Source of the DNA: an uncultured Rhodospirillales bacterium
GTDB lineage: Bacteria > Pseudomonadota > Alphaproteobacteria > RF32 > CAG-239
DNA: 64,000 nucleotides
Assembly: GCA_902763185.1 (NCBI GenBank)
Contig: CACWQT010000005.1
Coordinates: 4,248-68,247 of the forward strand
Direction: 5' to 3'
Shown here: positions 1 to 7,412 of the stretch, in pieces
How the letters are laid out: each line of letters begins with the position of its first letter
Numbering within the stretch: position 1 is the first letter of the stretch
Notes under the pieces: generated by a model
Seen by the model: only the letters and a program-made list of their open reading frames with translations
Told to the model about the DNA's origin: nothing
The model's database searches: none
Position numbers and translations under genes: made by a program

Positions 1-582
1 CCCGATAATGCATGGCAGCGGATTCGCCATAACAGCCACGCGGTATCTTTCTTAAACGCCTTAAAAGCGCTTGCCGCATGGCGCGAAAATCGCGCCAAAC
101 ATCAGAACGTTTCCCGTCAAAACATCATCAAAGACGATTTGCTGATAAACATTTCCGTCGCTTTCCCAAAAAATATGGAAGAGATGAAACAAGTCCGCGG
201 GATGCGCCCCGATGTGGCAAGAAGCGTCTTGGCAGAAGAAATGCTTGCCGTGTTAAACAGCTTAAACGAAAAGAGTTTTGACCGGACTTTAAGCAAAGTG
301 GATAAAGAAAAAGACGTTTCCCTTGCCGCCGGCCTTCAATCGCTTTATGAGATATTAAAACTACTCTTAAAGATACAATGTAACGAGCACGGTGTTGTGG
401 CGCACCTTGTAACCTCAGAAAAGAATTTGCGCGAATACATTACCAATCCCAAAGCACCCAATCCGATATTAAAAGGCTGGCGTTATGAGATTTTTGGTAA
501 AGCCGCCGAAGAATTCCGCCAAGGAAAACTCGCCTTAACCTACAACCCAACCACTCACGATATTGAGATTAAAAAGCTGTAA
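1..582 (+). CDS. rnd: Ribonuclease D, C-terminal portion (5' end lies outside the window)
   Basis: Frame +1 is open from nt 1 (PDNAWQRIRH...). 'LAAWRENRAKHQNVSRQNIIKDDLL' fits the HRDC-region pattern of RNase D as I recall it. The 139..582 track ORF is only the part after an internal Met. Confidence 0.6.
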   Translation, partial: PDNAWQRIRHNSHAVSFLNALKALAAWRENRAKHQNVSRQNIIKDDLLINISVAFPKNMEEMKQVRGMRPDVARSVLAEEMLAVLNSLNEKSFDRTLSKVDKEKDVSLAAGLQSLYEILKLLLKIQCNEHGVVAHLVTSEKNLREYITNPKAPNPILKGWRYEIFGKAAEEFRQGKLALTYNPTTHDIEIKKL

Positions 583-603
583 AATCATATATTGCAAAAA
601 AAA

Positions 604-632
604 TTGACAACTAAATTTTTATAAAATATCCT
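604..632 (+). promoter_or_regulatory. sigma70-like promoter (TTGACA-N17-TATCCT)
   Basis: TTGACA at 604-609, a 17-nt spacer, then TATCCT at 627-632. It lies just after the rnd stop and upstream of a structured region. Confidence 0.4.
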
Positions 633-639
633 AATCGTG

Positions 640-826
640 CATTAGTTGATAACTGATGTGAGGTTTGAAACCCTCTTACTTACGGTTGCCCCTGAGGCGT
701 AAAACTACCTTTTTGCTTAACGGCAGGAAGGTAGTTAATAAGGCTATAATAAGCTCAATACACTACACTATTCCGTAAGATAGGTTTCAACTTCCTGCCA
801 CCCTTCATCAAGGTGGTATTTTTGTT
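640..826 (+). ncRNA. Candidate structured RNA, either a cis-acting leader of the downstream glycosyltransferase gene or a stand-alone sRNA, ending in an intrinsic terminator
   Basis: Long-range helix cttacgg(679-685)/ccgtaag(773-779), extended by gaaacc/ggtttc. Local hairpin aactacctt(703-711)/aaggtagtt(728-736). Competing pairing ggcaggaag(722-730)/cttcctgcc(791-799), which overlaps the terminator arm. Terminator ccacc(798-802)/ggtgg(812-816) followed by a T-run at 819-823. No convincing ORF. Confidence 0.35.
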
Positions 827-837
827 AATGGGATTTA

Positions 838-3066
838 TTGTATGAAACTTATTTAGGAATACTAATGAGAATTTTAAAAAAAACAAAATTTCAAAAAGGT
901 GATACTCTCGTAAAAAAATACAAATTTTGCGGTTTATCTGTGCTCAGAAAAGAAAAATCGTTAACTAAACAAAAGTATAAATTTTTAGGGATAAAAATTA
1001 GCAAAAAAAATAAATATACTGAAATTGGCAAAAAAAATAAATATACTGAAATTAGCATAGATAAATACTCTGATATATATATAACTGATTTAATTAATTA
1101 TTATTCCACCTTACCTAAAAAATTTATTTCAAATAATGTAAATTCAGCAACAATCATCATTCCGGTATATAATGGATTGGAACATTTATTAAAACTTATA
1201 CCAAGCTTACAGCTTCACACACCCAAAAACGTAAAAATTATTATTATAGATGATTGTAGTCCAGATGAAAAGATACAATCATATCTTAAACAAATTAAAG
1301 AGTATGAAAATATTATCATTTACCGGAATAATAAGAACCTTGGTTTTGTCGGCTCCATCAATGTGGGCATGCAATTAGTTACAACACGTTTTGCCGTGTG
1401 GCTAAATTCCGATACTGTTGTACCGGAATATTGGCTAGAACGTTTATTAGCCCCTTTCAATAAATATGATAAAATAGCAACAACTACTCCATTTACAAAT
1501 TCTGGATGTGGATTTTCTTTTCCAAATTTTGGTGAAAATAATAAATTAATTAAGCCATTAGAATATGTTGATAAAATTTTTCAGAAAATAAATACTTTTG
1601 ATGTAAAACTAAATACAACATACTCAGGTACGGGATTTTGTATGGCCATTGATATGAATTGTTGGAGAGAAATAGGAAAACTAGATGAGAAAAATTTTGG
1701 GAAAGGTTATGGAGAAGAAAATGATTGGTGCTTCCGTGCTCTACAGCGTGGATGGAAACATATGTTGGTTCCAAATTTATTTATTCAACACTGCCATGGT
1801 GGAACATTTCTTTCTGAAGAGAAAGCAAAATTAACACAAGAACACTTAAATATTCTAAAACAAAAATATCCTAATGAAATGAACGAAATTGTACCATGCT
1901 TTTTTAAGCAAGATCCTTGGAAAAAGTATAGAGCATTAGTTAGCATTTTATGTTGTAAAAATAAACCAGTGATAATTATTGATTTAAAAAAACAGACATC
2001 GGATCAATCTGGCGCCATTAGCTATAGTGAAAAAATGATAGAATCATTAATTAAAGACGGATACGACGTAATAGTGCTACAATATGAACGTAGTAGAGAT
2101 AACATTTGGGAACTTGTTCCTATTAGTATTTGTAATACGATGAGGATAAAATTAAAATACTTTAGTGAAATAAACATACTTTTTTCAATGATAAACATAG
2201 AGAAAGTTATAGTTAATAATTTCGCATATTTAATCAATCCACAAAAGGCTATTGATATTCTTTATGAGCTAAAACAAAAATATCCGTTTTCTATTGAATA
2301 TAAATTTCACGATTATTTATCGATTTGTCCTGCATTTTTTTTGATAAATTTCTTAGGGAAAAATTGTTTAAGTTTTGATAGAAGTTCAGAGTGCTCAATT
2401 TGTTTACATAAAAGTACTTTTAAAACAATCGCAGAAGATAATATATTTACATGGCGAAATATGTGGAATAAATTCTTTAGTGTTGTAGATGAATTTAGTT
2501 TTTTCTCAGAATACACCTTAAATAAAGTAAAAAAAGTTTATCCAATTGTTTTAAATAAATATAATATAAGAGAACATCAACCTTTATTTTCAGAAGAATT
2601 TACTAAATATACTCGACCAGCGAAAAACGCGCCTCTCAAAATAGCTTTCGTCGGAGTTTTTTGCTATGAAAAAGGAAGCAAATATTTTATAGAATTACAA
2701 GGAATATTTGAAAAACAAAATATTGCTGCTGAATTTGTTATAATAGGTGTAGATAATCCCCATATAAAACATAAGAATATTCATTTTATTTCCGGATATA
2801 ATAGAGATATATTAGGTAAAATATTAACAGAAAACAATGTGCATTTAGCTATCTATTCATCGATTAATAATGAAACTTTTTCATATGTTGCACAAGAATT
2901 AATGCTGTTAAATGTCCCGTTTGTAACTTTTGACAATGGCGCACATGCTGAAAGAATTAGAAAATATCAATATCCACTTGCAAAAATAGCCGAAAATGTA
3001 TCAGGAAAAGCGTTGTTTGAGGCTACAAGAAGTATATTAAATGAAGTATATTCAATCAAAATATAG
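838..3066 (+). CDS. Bifunctional glycosyltransferase: central GT2 domain plus C-terminal GT1/GT4-like domain. The real start is probably ATG 865.
   Basis: GT2 signature 'ATIIIPVYNGLEHL...KIIIIDDCSPDE...NLGFVGSINVG...WLNSDTVV'. The C-terminal part 'LKIAFVGVFCYEKGSKYF...ETFSYVAQELMLLNVPFVTFDNGAHAE' resembles GT4. The gene is very AT-rich and the track start at 838 is TTG. Confidence 0.8.
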   Translation: MYETYLGILMRILKKTKFQKGDTLVKKYKFCGLSVLRKEKSLTKQKYKFLGIKISKKNKYTEIGKKNKYTEISIDKYSDIYITDLINYYSTLPKKFISNNVNSATIIIPVYNGLEHLLKLIPSLQLHTPKNVKIIIIDDCSPDEKIQSYLKQIKEYENIIIYRNNKNLGFVGSINVGMQLVTTRFAVWLNSDTVVPEYWLERLLAPFNKYDKIATTTPFTNSGCGFSFPNFGENNKLIKPLEYVDKIFQKINTFDVKLNTTYSGTGFCMAIDMNCWREIGKLDEKNFGKGYGEENDWCFRALQRGWKHMLVPNLFIQHCHGGTFLSEEKAKLTQEHLNILKQKYPNEMNEIVPCFFKQDPWKKYRALVSILCCKNKPVIIIDLKKQTSDQSGAISYSEKMIESLIKDGYDVIVLQYERSRDNIWELVPISICNTMRIKLKYFSEINILFSMINIEKVIVNNFAYLINPQKAIDILYELKQKYPFSIEYKFHDYLSICPAFFLINFLGKNCLSFDRSSECSICLHKSTFKTIAEDNIFTWRNMWNKFFSVVDEFSFFSEYTLNKVKKVYPIVLNKYNIREHQPLFSEEFTKYTRPAKNAPLKIAFVGVFCYEKGSKYFIELQGIFEKQNIAAEFVIIGVDNPHIKHKNIHFISGYNRDILGKILTENNVHLAIYSSINNETFSYVAQELMLLNVPFVTFDNGAHAERIRKYQYPLAKIAENVSGKALFEATRSILNEVYSIKI
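1001..1054 (+). repeat. Perfect-to-near-perfect 27-nt tandem duplication inside the GT gene
   Basis: gcaaaaaaaataaatatactgaaatt(g/a) occurs twice back to back (1001-1027 and 1028-1054). It encodes KKNKYTEI(G/S) x2, and each copy carries an A8 tract. Confidence 0.9.
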
Positions 3067-3141
3067 GGATAAAATTTTATATATCAATTTCAACAAAAAA
3101 GAGTTCGCTTTAAGCTCCTTTTCTCCCCCACCTTATTCCTA

Positions 3142-3170
3142 TTGACAAAAGCGCATAAACAGAGTAGTTT
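3142..3170 (+). promoter_or_regulatory. sigma70-like promoter (TTGACA-N17-TAGTTT)
   Basis: TTGACA at 3142-3147, a 17-nt spacer, then TAGTTT at 3165-3170, about 25 nt upstream of the U32 gene start. Confidence 0.35.
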
Positions 3171-3195
3171 TCTTTGAAATCAATCGGAGTAAACT

Positions 3196-5301
3196 ATGAA
3201 ACACGAACTTTTAGCCCCTGCAGGGAATATAGAAGCCGGATACGCCGCCCTCTATTATGGAGCGGACGCTGTCTATTTGGGTTTAACCAAATTTTCGGCG
3301 CGTGCCGGTGCTGAGAATTTTACCGCTGAGGAATTAGACGAGTTCACCGCTTATGCCCATAGCCTAAAGAAAAAAGTTTGTGTTGCTCTAAATACGATTT
3401 TAACCGAAGAAGAAACAAAAGAACTCCCCGAGACTTTTGCCACCTTGAAAAAGGCGAAAGTTGATGCACTGATTATTCAGGATTTAGGCGTTTATTACTT
3501 AGCAAAAAAGTTCGCCCCCGAAATTGAACTACACGCCAGCACACAAATGGCCGTGCATAATGCCGAGGGTGCCAAATTCCTCTATTTGCTGGGGTTCAAA
3601 CGGGTGGTCTTGGCGCGCGAGCTGACGTTAGCCGAGATAAAATTGATTGCCAAAGCTGTACCGGAAGTGGAACTGGAAGTATTTATCCACGGCGCACTAT
3701 GTTATTCTTATAGTGGACAATGCTTGTTTTCAGCCCTTGAATACGGCAAAAGCGCCAATCGTGGCCGCTGTATTTATCCCTGCCGCGCCGAATATGGAAA
3801 ACAAGACCGCCTCAAAGCACACTATTTTTCTATGAAAGATTTAGCCCTTGAAGAACAAGTTTTAGATATTCCGGCTTATTCGTTAAAGATTGAGGGGCGT
3901 AAAAAATCGCCGCTTTATGTTGCCGCCGTAACCAACTATTATCGCCACATCTTAGACGGCAAAAAGAAAGATTTAAACGAGGCAGAAGACATCAAACAGA
4001 TTTTCTCGCGTCCGTGGTGCCGCTTCCATTTCAACGGTAAGGATAAAAACATCACTGATGAAGAGTTTGTCGGACATCGCGGTCTTCTGATAGGTAAGGT
4101 TGAAAAGATAAATAAAAATCGTTTGGGCTTCAAGTCTGCAAAACCTTTAGGGCGTTATGACGGTTTGCAGATAGATGTAAGTGGCTCAGAAAAACCGTTC
4201 GGCTTTGGTATAAAGGCGTTATATGTGAATAACAAATCCGTTTTTGAAGCACCTAAAAATCAATATGTAGAGGTGGAGTTACCCCCCGAGCATCCGCACT
4301 TAACCATTGGCGAACCGATATATTTAGCTTCATCTTCGGCAGTTAAAGGGCGCTATGGCTACCAAAAGCCCAAACCCAAAGAATATCAAAACGCCATCAC
4401 CCATGCCGTGCGCTTAGAAGTAACAGCAGACAAAATTTGGGCATTAAGCGGCAATATTGCAGTAGAAAGTAAGGGAACGTTTACCCCGGCAAAAGATACC
4501 GCCAAAACAACAGTTGCCGCAAAAGAGGCATTTGCTAAAACCGGTGGCACAGGCATTGTGTTTGATAATGTAGAAATTATAAATCCGAACAACTTATTTA
4601 TCCCTGTATCAATTTTAAACGATTTACGGCGCCGCCTGGTAGAGGCTTTGCAAGCAGAAGATACCGCAGAAATCCTGACCTTACCACCGTTAAAACCTTT
4701 ACCGCAAAATACCGATGCACCGAAAAATCTAAATCTGTTTTCTTTAAGCCAACACACCAACGTTGCGGAGTTAAACCAAGAAACAATAAATACGGCATGG
4801 TTTGTTTTACCGCAAATTTGTCGCAATACCAAAGCGTTAAAAGATACTATTGATGAATTGTATCATCAGGGCGCTCGCCAATTCGTTGCCGAAAATTATT
4901 ACGCTTTTGAAATCTTAAAATCCTATAAAGGGCTGAAAATTGCCGCCGGCTCTTTTTTGTATGTGATGAACAGCTACGCAGCACTTGCCTTAAAAGAAAT
5001 CGGCGTCTCATGGGCGACTTTGGCATTAGAGAGTTCGCCGGATAATATGAAAGAAGTAATAAGCCACTCCCCACTCCCTTTAGCGCAGGTTATAAAAAGC
5101 TATCCGCCATTGTTCACTTCTGCTGTTTGCCTGCGTAAAAATGCGTGTCAAGATTGCCCGCGTGGTGAGCTAAAGTGGAATATTAAAAAAGATGGCAAAG
5201 AATACACCGTTGTTTCCAAAGATTGCATGGTCCAGTTATTTGCCAAAACACCATACGAGCGCACCCCCATTACTGGTGTCTGGGGCATAATCAACGAATA
5301 A
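3196..5301 (+). CDS. Peptidase U32 family protein (long form with a C-terminal extension)
   Basis: N-terminus 'ELLAPAGNIEAGYAALYYGADAVYLG...FSAR' and 'EVFIHGALCYSYSGQCLFS...SANRGRCIYPCR...LKIEGRKKSP' are the U32 hallmarks. Confidence 0.85.
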   Translation: MKHELLAPAGNIEAGYAALYYGADAVYLGLTKFSARAGAENFTAEELDEFTAYAHSLKKKVCVALNTILTEEETKELPETFATLKKAKVDALIIQDLGVYYLAKKFAPEIELHASTQMAVHNAEGAKFLYLLGFKRVVLARELTLAEIKLIAKAVPEVELEVFIHGALCYSYSGQCLFSALEYGKSANRGRCIYPCRAEYGKQDRLKAHYFSMKDLALEEQVLDIPAYSLKIEGRKKSPLYVAAVTNYYRHILDGKKKDLNEAEDIKQIFSRPWCRFHFNGKDKNITDEEFVGHRGLLIGKVEKINKNRLGFKSAKPLGRYDGLQIDVSGSEKPFGFGIKALYVNNKSVFEAPKNQYVEVELPPEHPHLTIGEPIYLASSSAVKGRYGYQKPKPKEYQNAITHAVRLEVTADKIWALSGNIAVESKGTFTPAKDTAKTTVAAKEAFAKTGGTGIVFDNVEIINPNNLFIPVSILNDLRRRLVEALQAEDTAEILTLPPLKPLPQNTDAPKNLNLFSLSQHTNVAELNQETINTAWFVLPQICRNTKALKDTIDELYHQGARQFVAENYYAFEILKSYKGLKIAAGSFLYVMNSYAALALKEIGVSWATLALESSPDNMKEVISHSPLPLAQVIKSYPPLFTSAVCLRKNACQDCPRGELKWNIKKDGKEYTVVSKDCMVQLFAKTPYERTPITGVWGIINE

Positions 5302-5302
5302 T

Positions 5303-5338
5303 AAAAAACCGCCATCTTTTTCAAGATAGCGGTTTTCA
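5303..5338. terminator. Bidirectional intrinsic terminator between convergent genes
   Basis: Stem aaccgccatct / agatagcggtt, flanked by an A-run on the 5' side and a T-run on the 3' side. Confidence 0.7.
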
Positions 5339-5355
5339 TCGGGTTTAAAGAAAAA

Positions 5356-6123
5356 TCAAACATCGTAGCGCATTTTGGCGAGTGCATAGGTCTCAGCCTG
5401 TCCGAGTTTGTGATACACATCAGCCAGTTGGATAATCAAGTCATTAATCTCTTTGGAAAGTTCATCCAGTTTGATTTGCGCCTGAGTTCCTTTCGCAAAG
5501 CCGGATTTAGGATCTTCTTTAAGAGCAAGCAACAGAGCGTCAAGAGAGTTAGATTCACTTACTAACGAATTAATACGTTTTTGCAAGTCTGATTTCTCAT
5601 GACAAAGCTCATCTTTCAAGATCTCAATCTTCTGCTGAGTAGTTCCACCGGAGGGCGCGTCTTTCAAGAATTCATCTAAGACTTTTTGGGCCGTCCGATA
5701 TACTTCCTCATCAAGTTCAACACCCCAGTTAACCCAGTTAATAATTTCCTGAACCCCATCTGCTGGCGTGGTGTCAGCGCTAAAATCTGCCGCATAGCCG
5801 AAGCCGTCACTTGCAACAAAGTGTCCTTTTTTAGCCATCAATTCTCGTAGTGTGCACATGGCAAACTCGGTTGCCACGTCATGAACAGACTTAAGCAAAG
5901 AAAATGTCTTGCCTTTGTTTACGTCCACCAAAAGGCACATCAACTGTTTACGTGCGACCTTGGGGAGTTTGTTAAACGCAGAAACATTCCACACCAAAGA
6001 AAGTTTGTTCTTTTGTTGCCGGTCTAGCTCAATCTCTCCATAGATGAAGTTCATCACCTTAAGTTGGTCAAAAACCCCGTTTTCCAACCCGATTTTGAAT
6101 AAAGTTAAATCAAATCCTTCCAT
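5356..6123 (-). CDS. Hypothetical protein, tandem paralog A (255 aa)
   Basis: Long ORF with its own promoter and terminator. It shares clear blocks with the 6318..7100 product: MEGFDLTLFKIGLENGVF / MEQFDLTVLKIGLEKGVF, SLVWNVS.FN.LP, EIINW..WG..LD.EV, FLKDAP, GQAETY.L.K..Y.V. Confidence 0.7.
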   Translation of the reverse strand: MEGFDLTLFKIGLENGVFDQLKVMNFIYGEIELDRQQKNKLSLVWNVSAFNKLPKVARKQLMCLLVDVNKGKTFSLLKSVHDVATEFAMCTLRELMAKKGHFVASDGFGYAADFSADTTPADGVQEIINWVNWGVELDEEVYRTAQKVLDEFLKDAPSGGTTQQKIEILKDELCHEKSDLQKRINSLVSESNSLDALLLALKEDPKSGFAKGTQAQIKLDELSKEINDLIIQLADVYHKLGQAETYALAKMRYDV

Positions 6124-6255
6124 AAGACTAAATTTTAAGGGTGAATATTTAGAAAATTAAAAAAGATTACAAATTAAAATTTTGCTTATTTCAGAACTGT
6201 TTAACCACATATTTGTAAGTTCAATAATAAGCCAGAAATATAAATTTCGTTCCAA

Positions 6256-6284
6256 AGCCTAAAGAAAAAATAGCTAAATGTCAA
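6256..6284 (-). promoter_or_regulatory. sigma70-like promoter of paralog A (TTGACA-N17-TAGGCT on the minus strand)
   Basis: Reverse complement of 6279-6284 is TTGACA and of 6256-6261 is TAGGCT. The same arrangement occurs upstream of paralog B. Confidence 0.4.
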
Positions 6285-6291
6285 ACTAAAA

Positions 6292-6320
6292 TAAAAGGCG
6301 CTCCGAAGAACGCCTTTTTA
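6292..6320 (-). terminator. Intrinsic terminator of paralog B
   Basis: aaaggcg(6294-6300) / cgccttt(6311-6317), with A/T runs on both sides. Confidence 0.65.
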
Positions 6321-7100
6321 CACATTATAATGCCTTTTAACCAAATTATAGGTTTCAGCCTGTCCCATGAGAAGATGCACATTACAAAGATCAGAATATA
6401 AATCATCAACTTTTCTGGAGATAACCTCTTGTTGGATACCGGTCAACATTAATTTGCAAAAATCATTCACCACGTCATTTCCCTTAGAACCGGTTTCCCA
6501 TTTGAGCTGTTTATCTTCAATTGAAATTAGTTCACCTAATGACTTGTTTATATCCTTATTAAGCATTTTCTCACGTGTGTAAAGCTCAAATTTTTTAGCC
6601 ATAACGCGTTCATATACAGTTTCCCTTTCCGGTGCATCTTTTAGGAATACATTCAAAATTAAATTTGCTGTTTTCCACACTTCATCATCAAGTGTAATGC
6701 CCCATACTGCCCAATTGATAATCTCTTTTACACATATAACCGGTGTTGCATTAGCATTAAAAACTGCCGCTAGGAGATTGCTATCCGAAGAAGCCGGAGG
6801 AACGCTCGCCTGTAGAATGCTGTTTAAAGCACAAAATGCACAATTATGAGCATATACATCAACCTCGCCTACGGGGGTAAGAGAATTTTGCGGCTGATAT
6901 TTCCGCAACAATTGCACCAGTTGCTTGCGCACTGGTATGGGCAGATGATTGAAATTACTGACATTCCATACCAGACTGAAAGCATCGGGAGGAACTTTGG
7001 CATATATCAAATCACCATAGATAAGACGCATTATTTGGTTGGTCTGAAACACGCCTTTTTCCAAGCCGATTTTTAACACAGTTAAATCAAATTGTTCCAT
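6318..7100 (-). CDS. Hypothetical protein, tandem paralog B (260 aa)
   Basis: Paralogous to the 5356..6123 product (see the shared blocks there). Independent promoter and terminator. Confidence 0.7.
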   Translation of the reverse strand: MEQFDLTVLKIGLEKGVFQTNQIMRLIYGDLIYAKVPPDAFSLVWNVSNFNHLPIPVRKQLVQLLRKYQPQNSLTPVGEVDVYAHNCAFCALNSILQASVPPASSDSNLLAAVFNANATPVICVKEIINWAVWGITLDDEVWKTANLILNVFLKDAPERETVYERVMAKKFELYTREKMLNKDINKSLGELISIEDKQLKWETGSKGNDVVNDFCKLMLTGIQQEVISRKVDDLYSDLCNVHLLMGQAETYNLVKRHYNV

Positions 7101-7231
7101 AAGACTAAATTTTTAGGAGTGAATATTTAAGAATTTAAAAAATACAAAACTAAAATTCTGCCTCAAAAGAACCGATTAACCGCATTTAAAAGGTTCAATA
7201 ATAAAGACAGATGTATAAAATTGAGACCTTT

Positions 7232-7259
7232 AGCATAAAAGAAAATAAACAAATGTCAA
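7232..7259 (-). promoter_or_regulatory. sigma70-like promoter of paralog B (TTGACA-N16-TATGCT on the minus strand)
   Basis: Reverse complement of 7254-7259 is TTGACA and of 7232-7237 is TATGCT. Confidence 0.4.
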
Positions 7260-7298
7260 AACAAAATTAAAGGCGCACACCAAGGCCTTTATATCTTC

Positions 7299-7410
7299 TA
7301 AATTGTCATCCCACGAGCGAAGAATGAGCGAGTTAAAGGATCTTCCTTGTTATAATATTGAAGATACCTTACTTCGCAAACTAATGTTTGCTCAGAGGAT
7401 GACAAGTAAA
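7299..7410. repeat. About 110-bp imperfect palindromic element (MITE/REP-like, or a long alaS 3' hairpin)
   Basis: Terminal inverted repeats ttgtcatcc(7303-7311)/ggatgacaa(7397-7405). The inner arms also pair (gagcgaag.../...cttcgcaaa, ggatcttc/gaagatacc). It lies directly after the alaS stop codon. Confidence 0.45.
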
Positions 7411-7412
7411 AA

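Noticed and set aside
78-281. 67-aa plus-strand ORF in an alternative frame of rnd
   Set aside because: It is an Arg/Lys-rich shadow frame. Frame +1 is open from the window edge and carries the RNase D pattern.
640-826. Specific assignment of the structured RNA as 6S RNA
   Set aside because: The length and the long irregular hairpin are compatible with 6S RNA. However, I cannot identify the characteristic large central bubble with a flanking closing stem and terminal stem, and the 3' end is a terminator placed directly before a gene. I keep it as a generic structured RNA or leader.
1001-1054. A-rich direct repeats as a CRISPR array or other repeat array
   Set aside because: There are only two adjacent copies with no spacers, they lie in frame inside a coding region, and there are no cas genes anywhere in the window.
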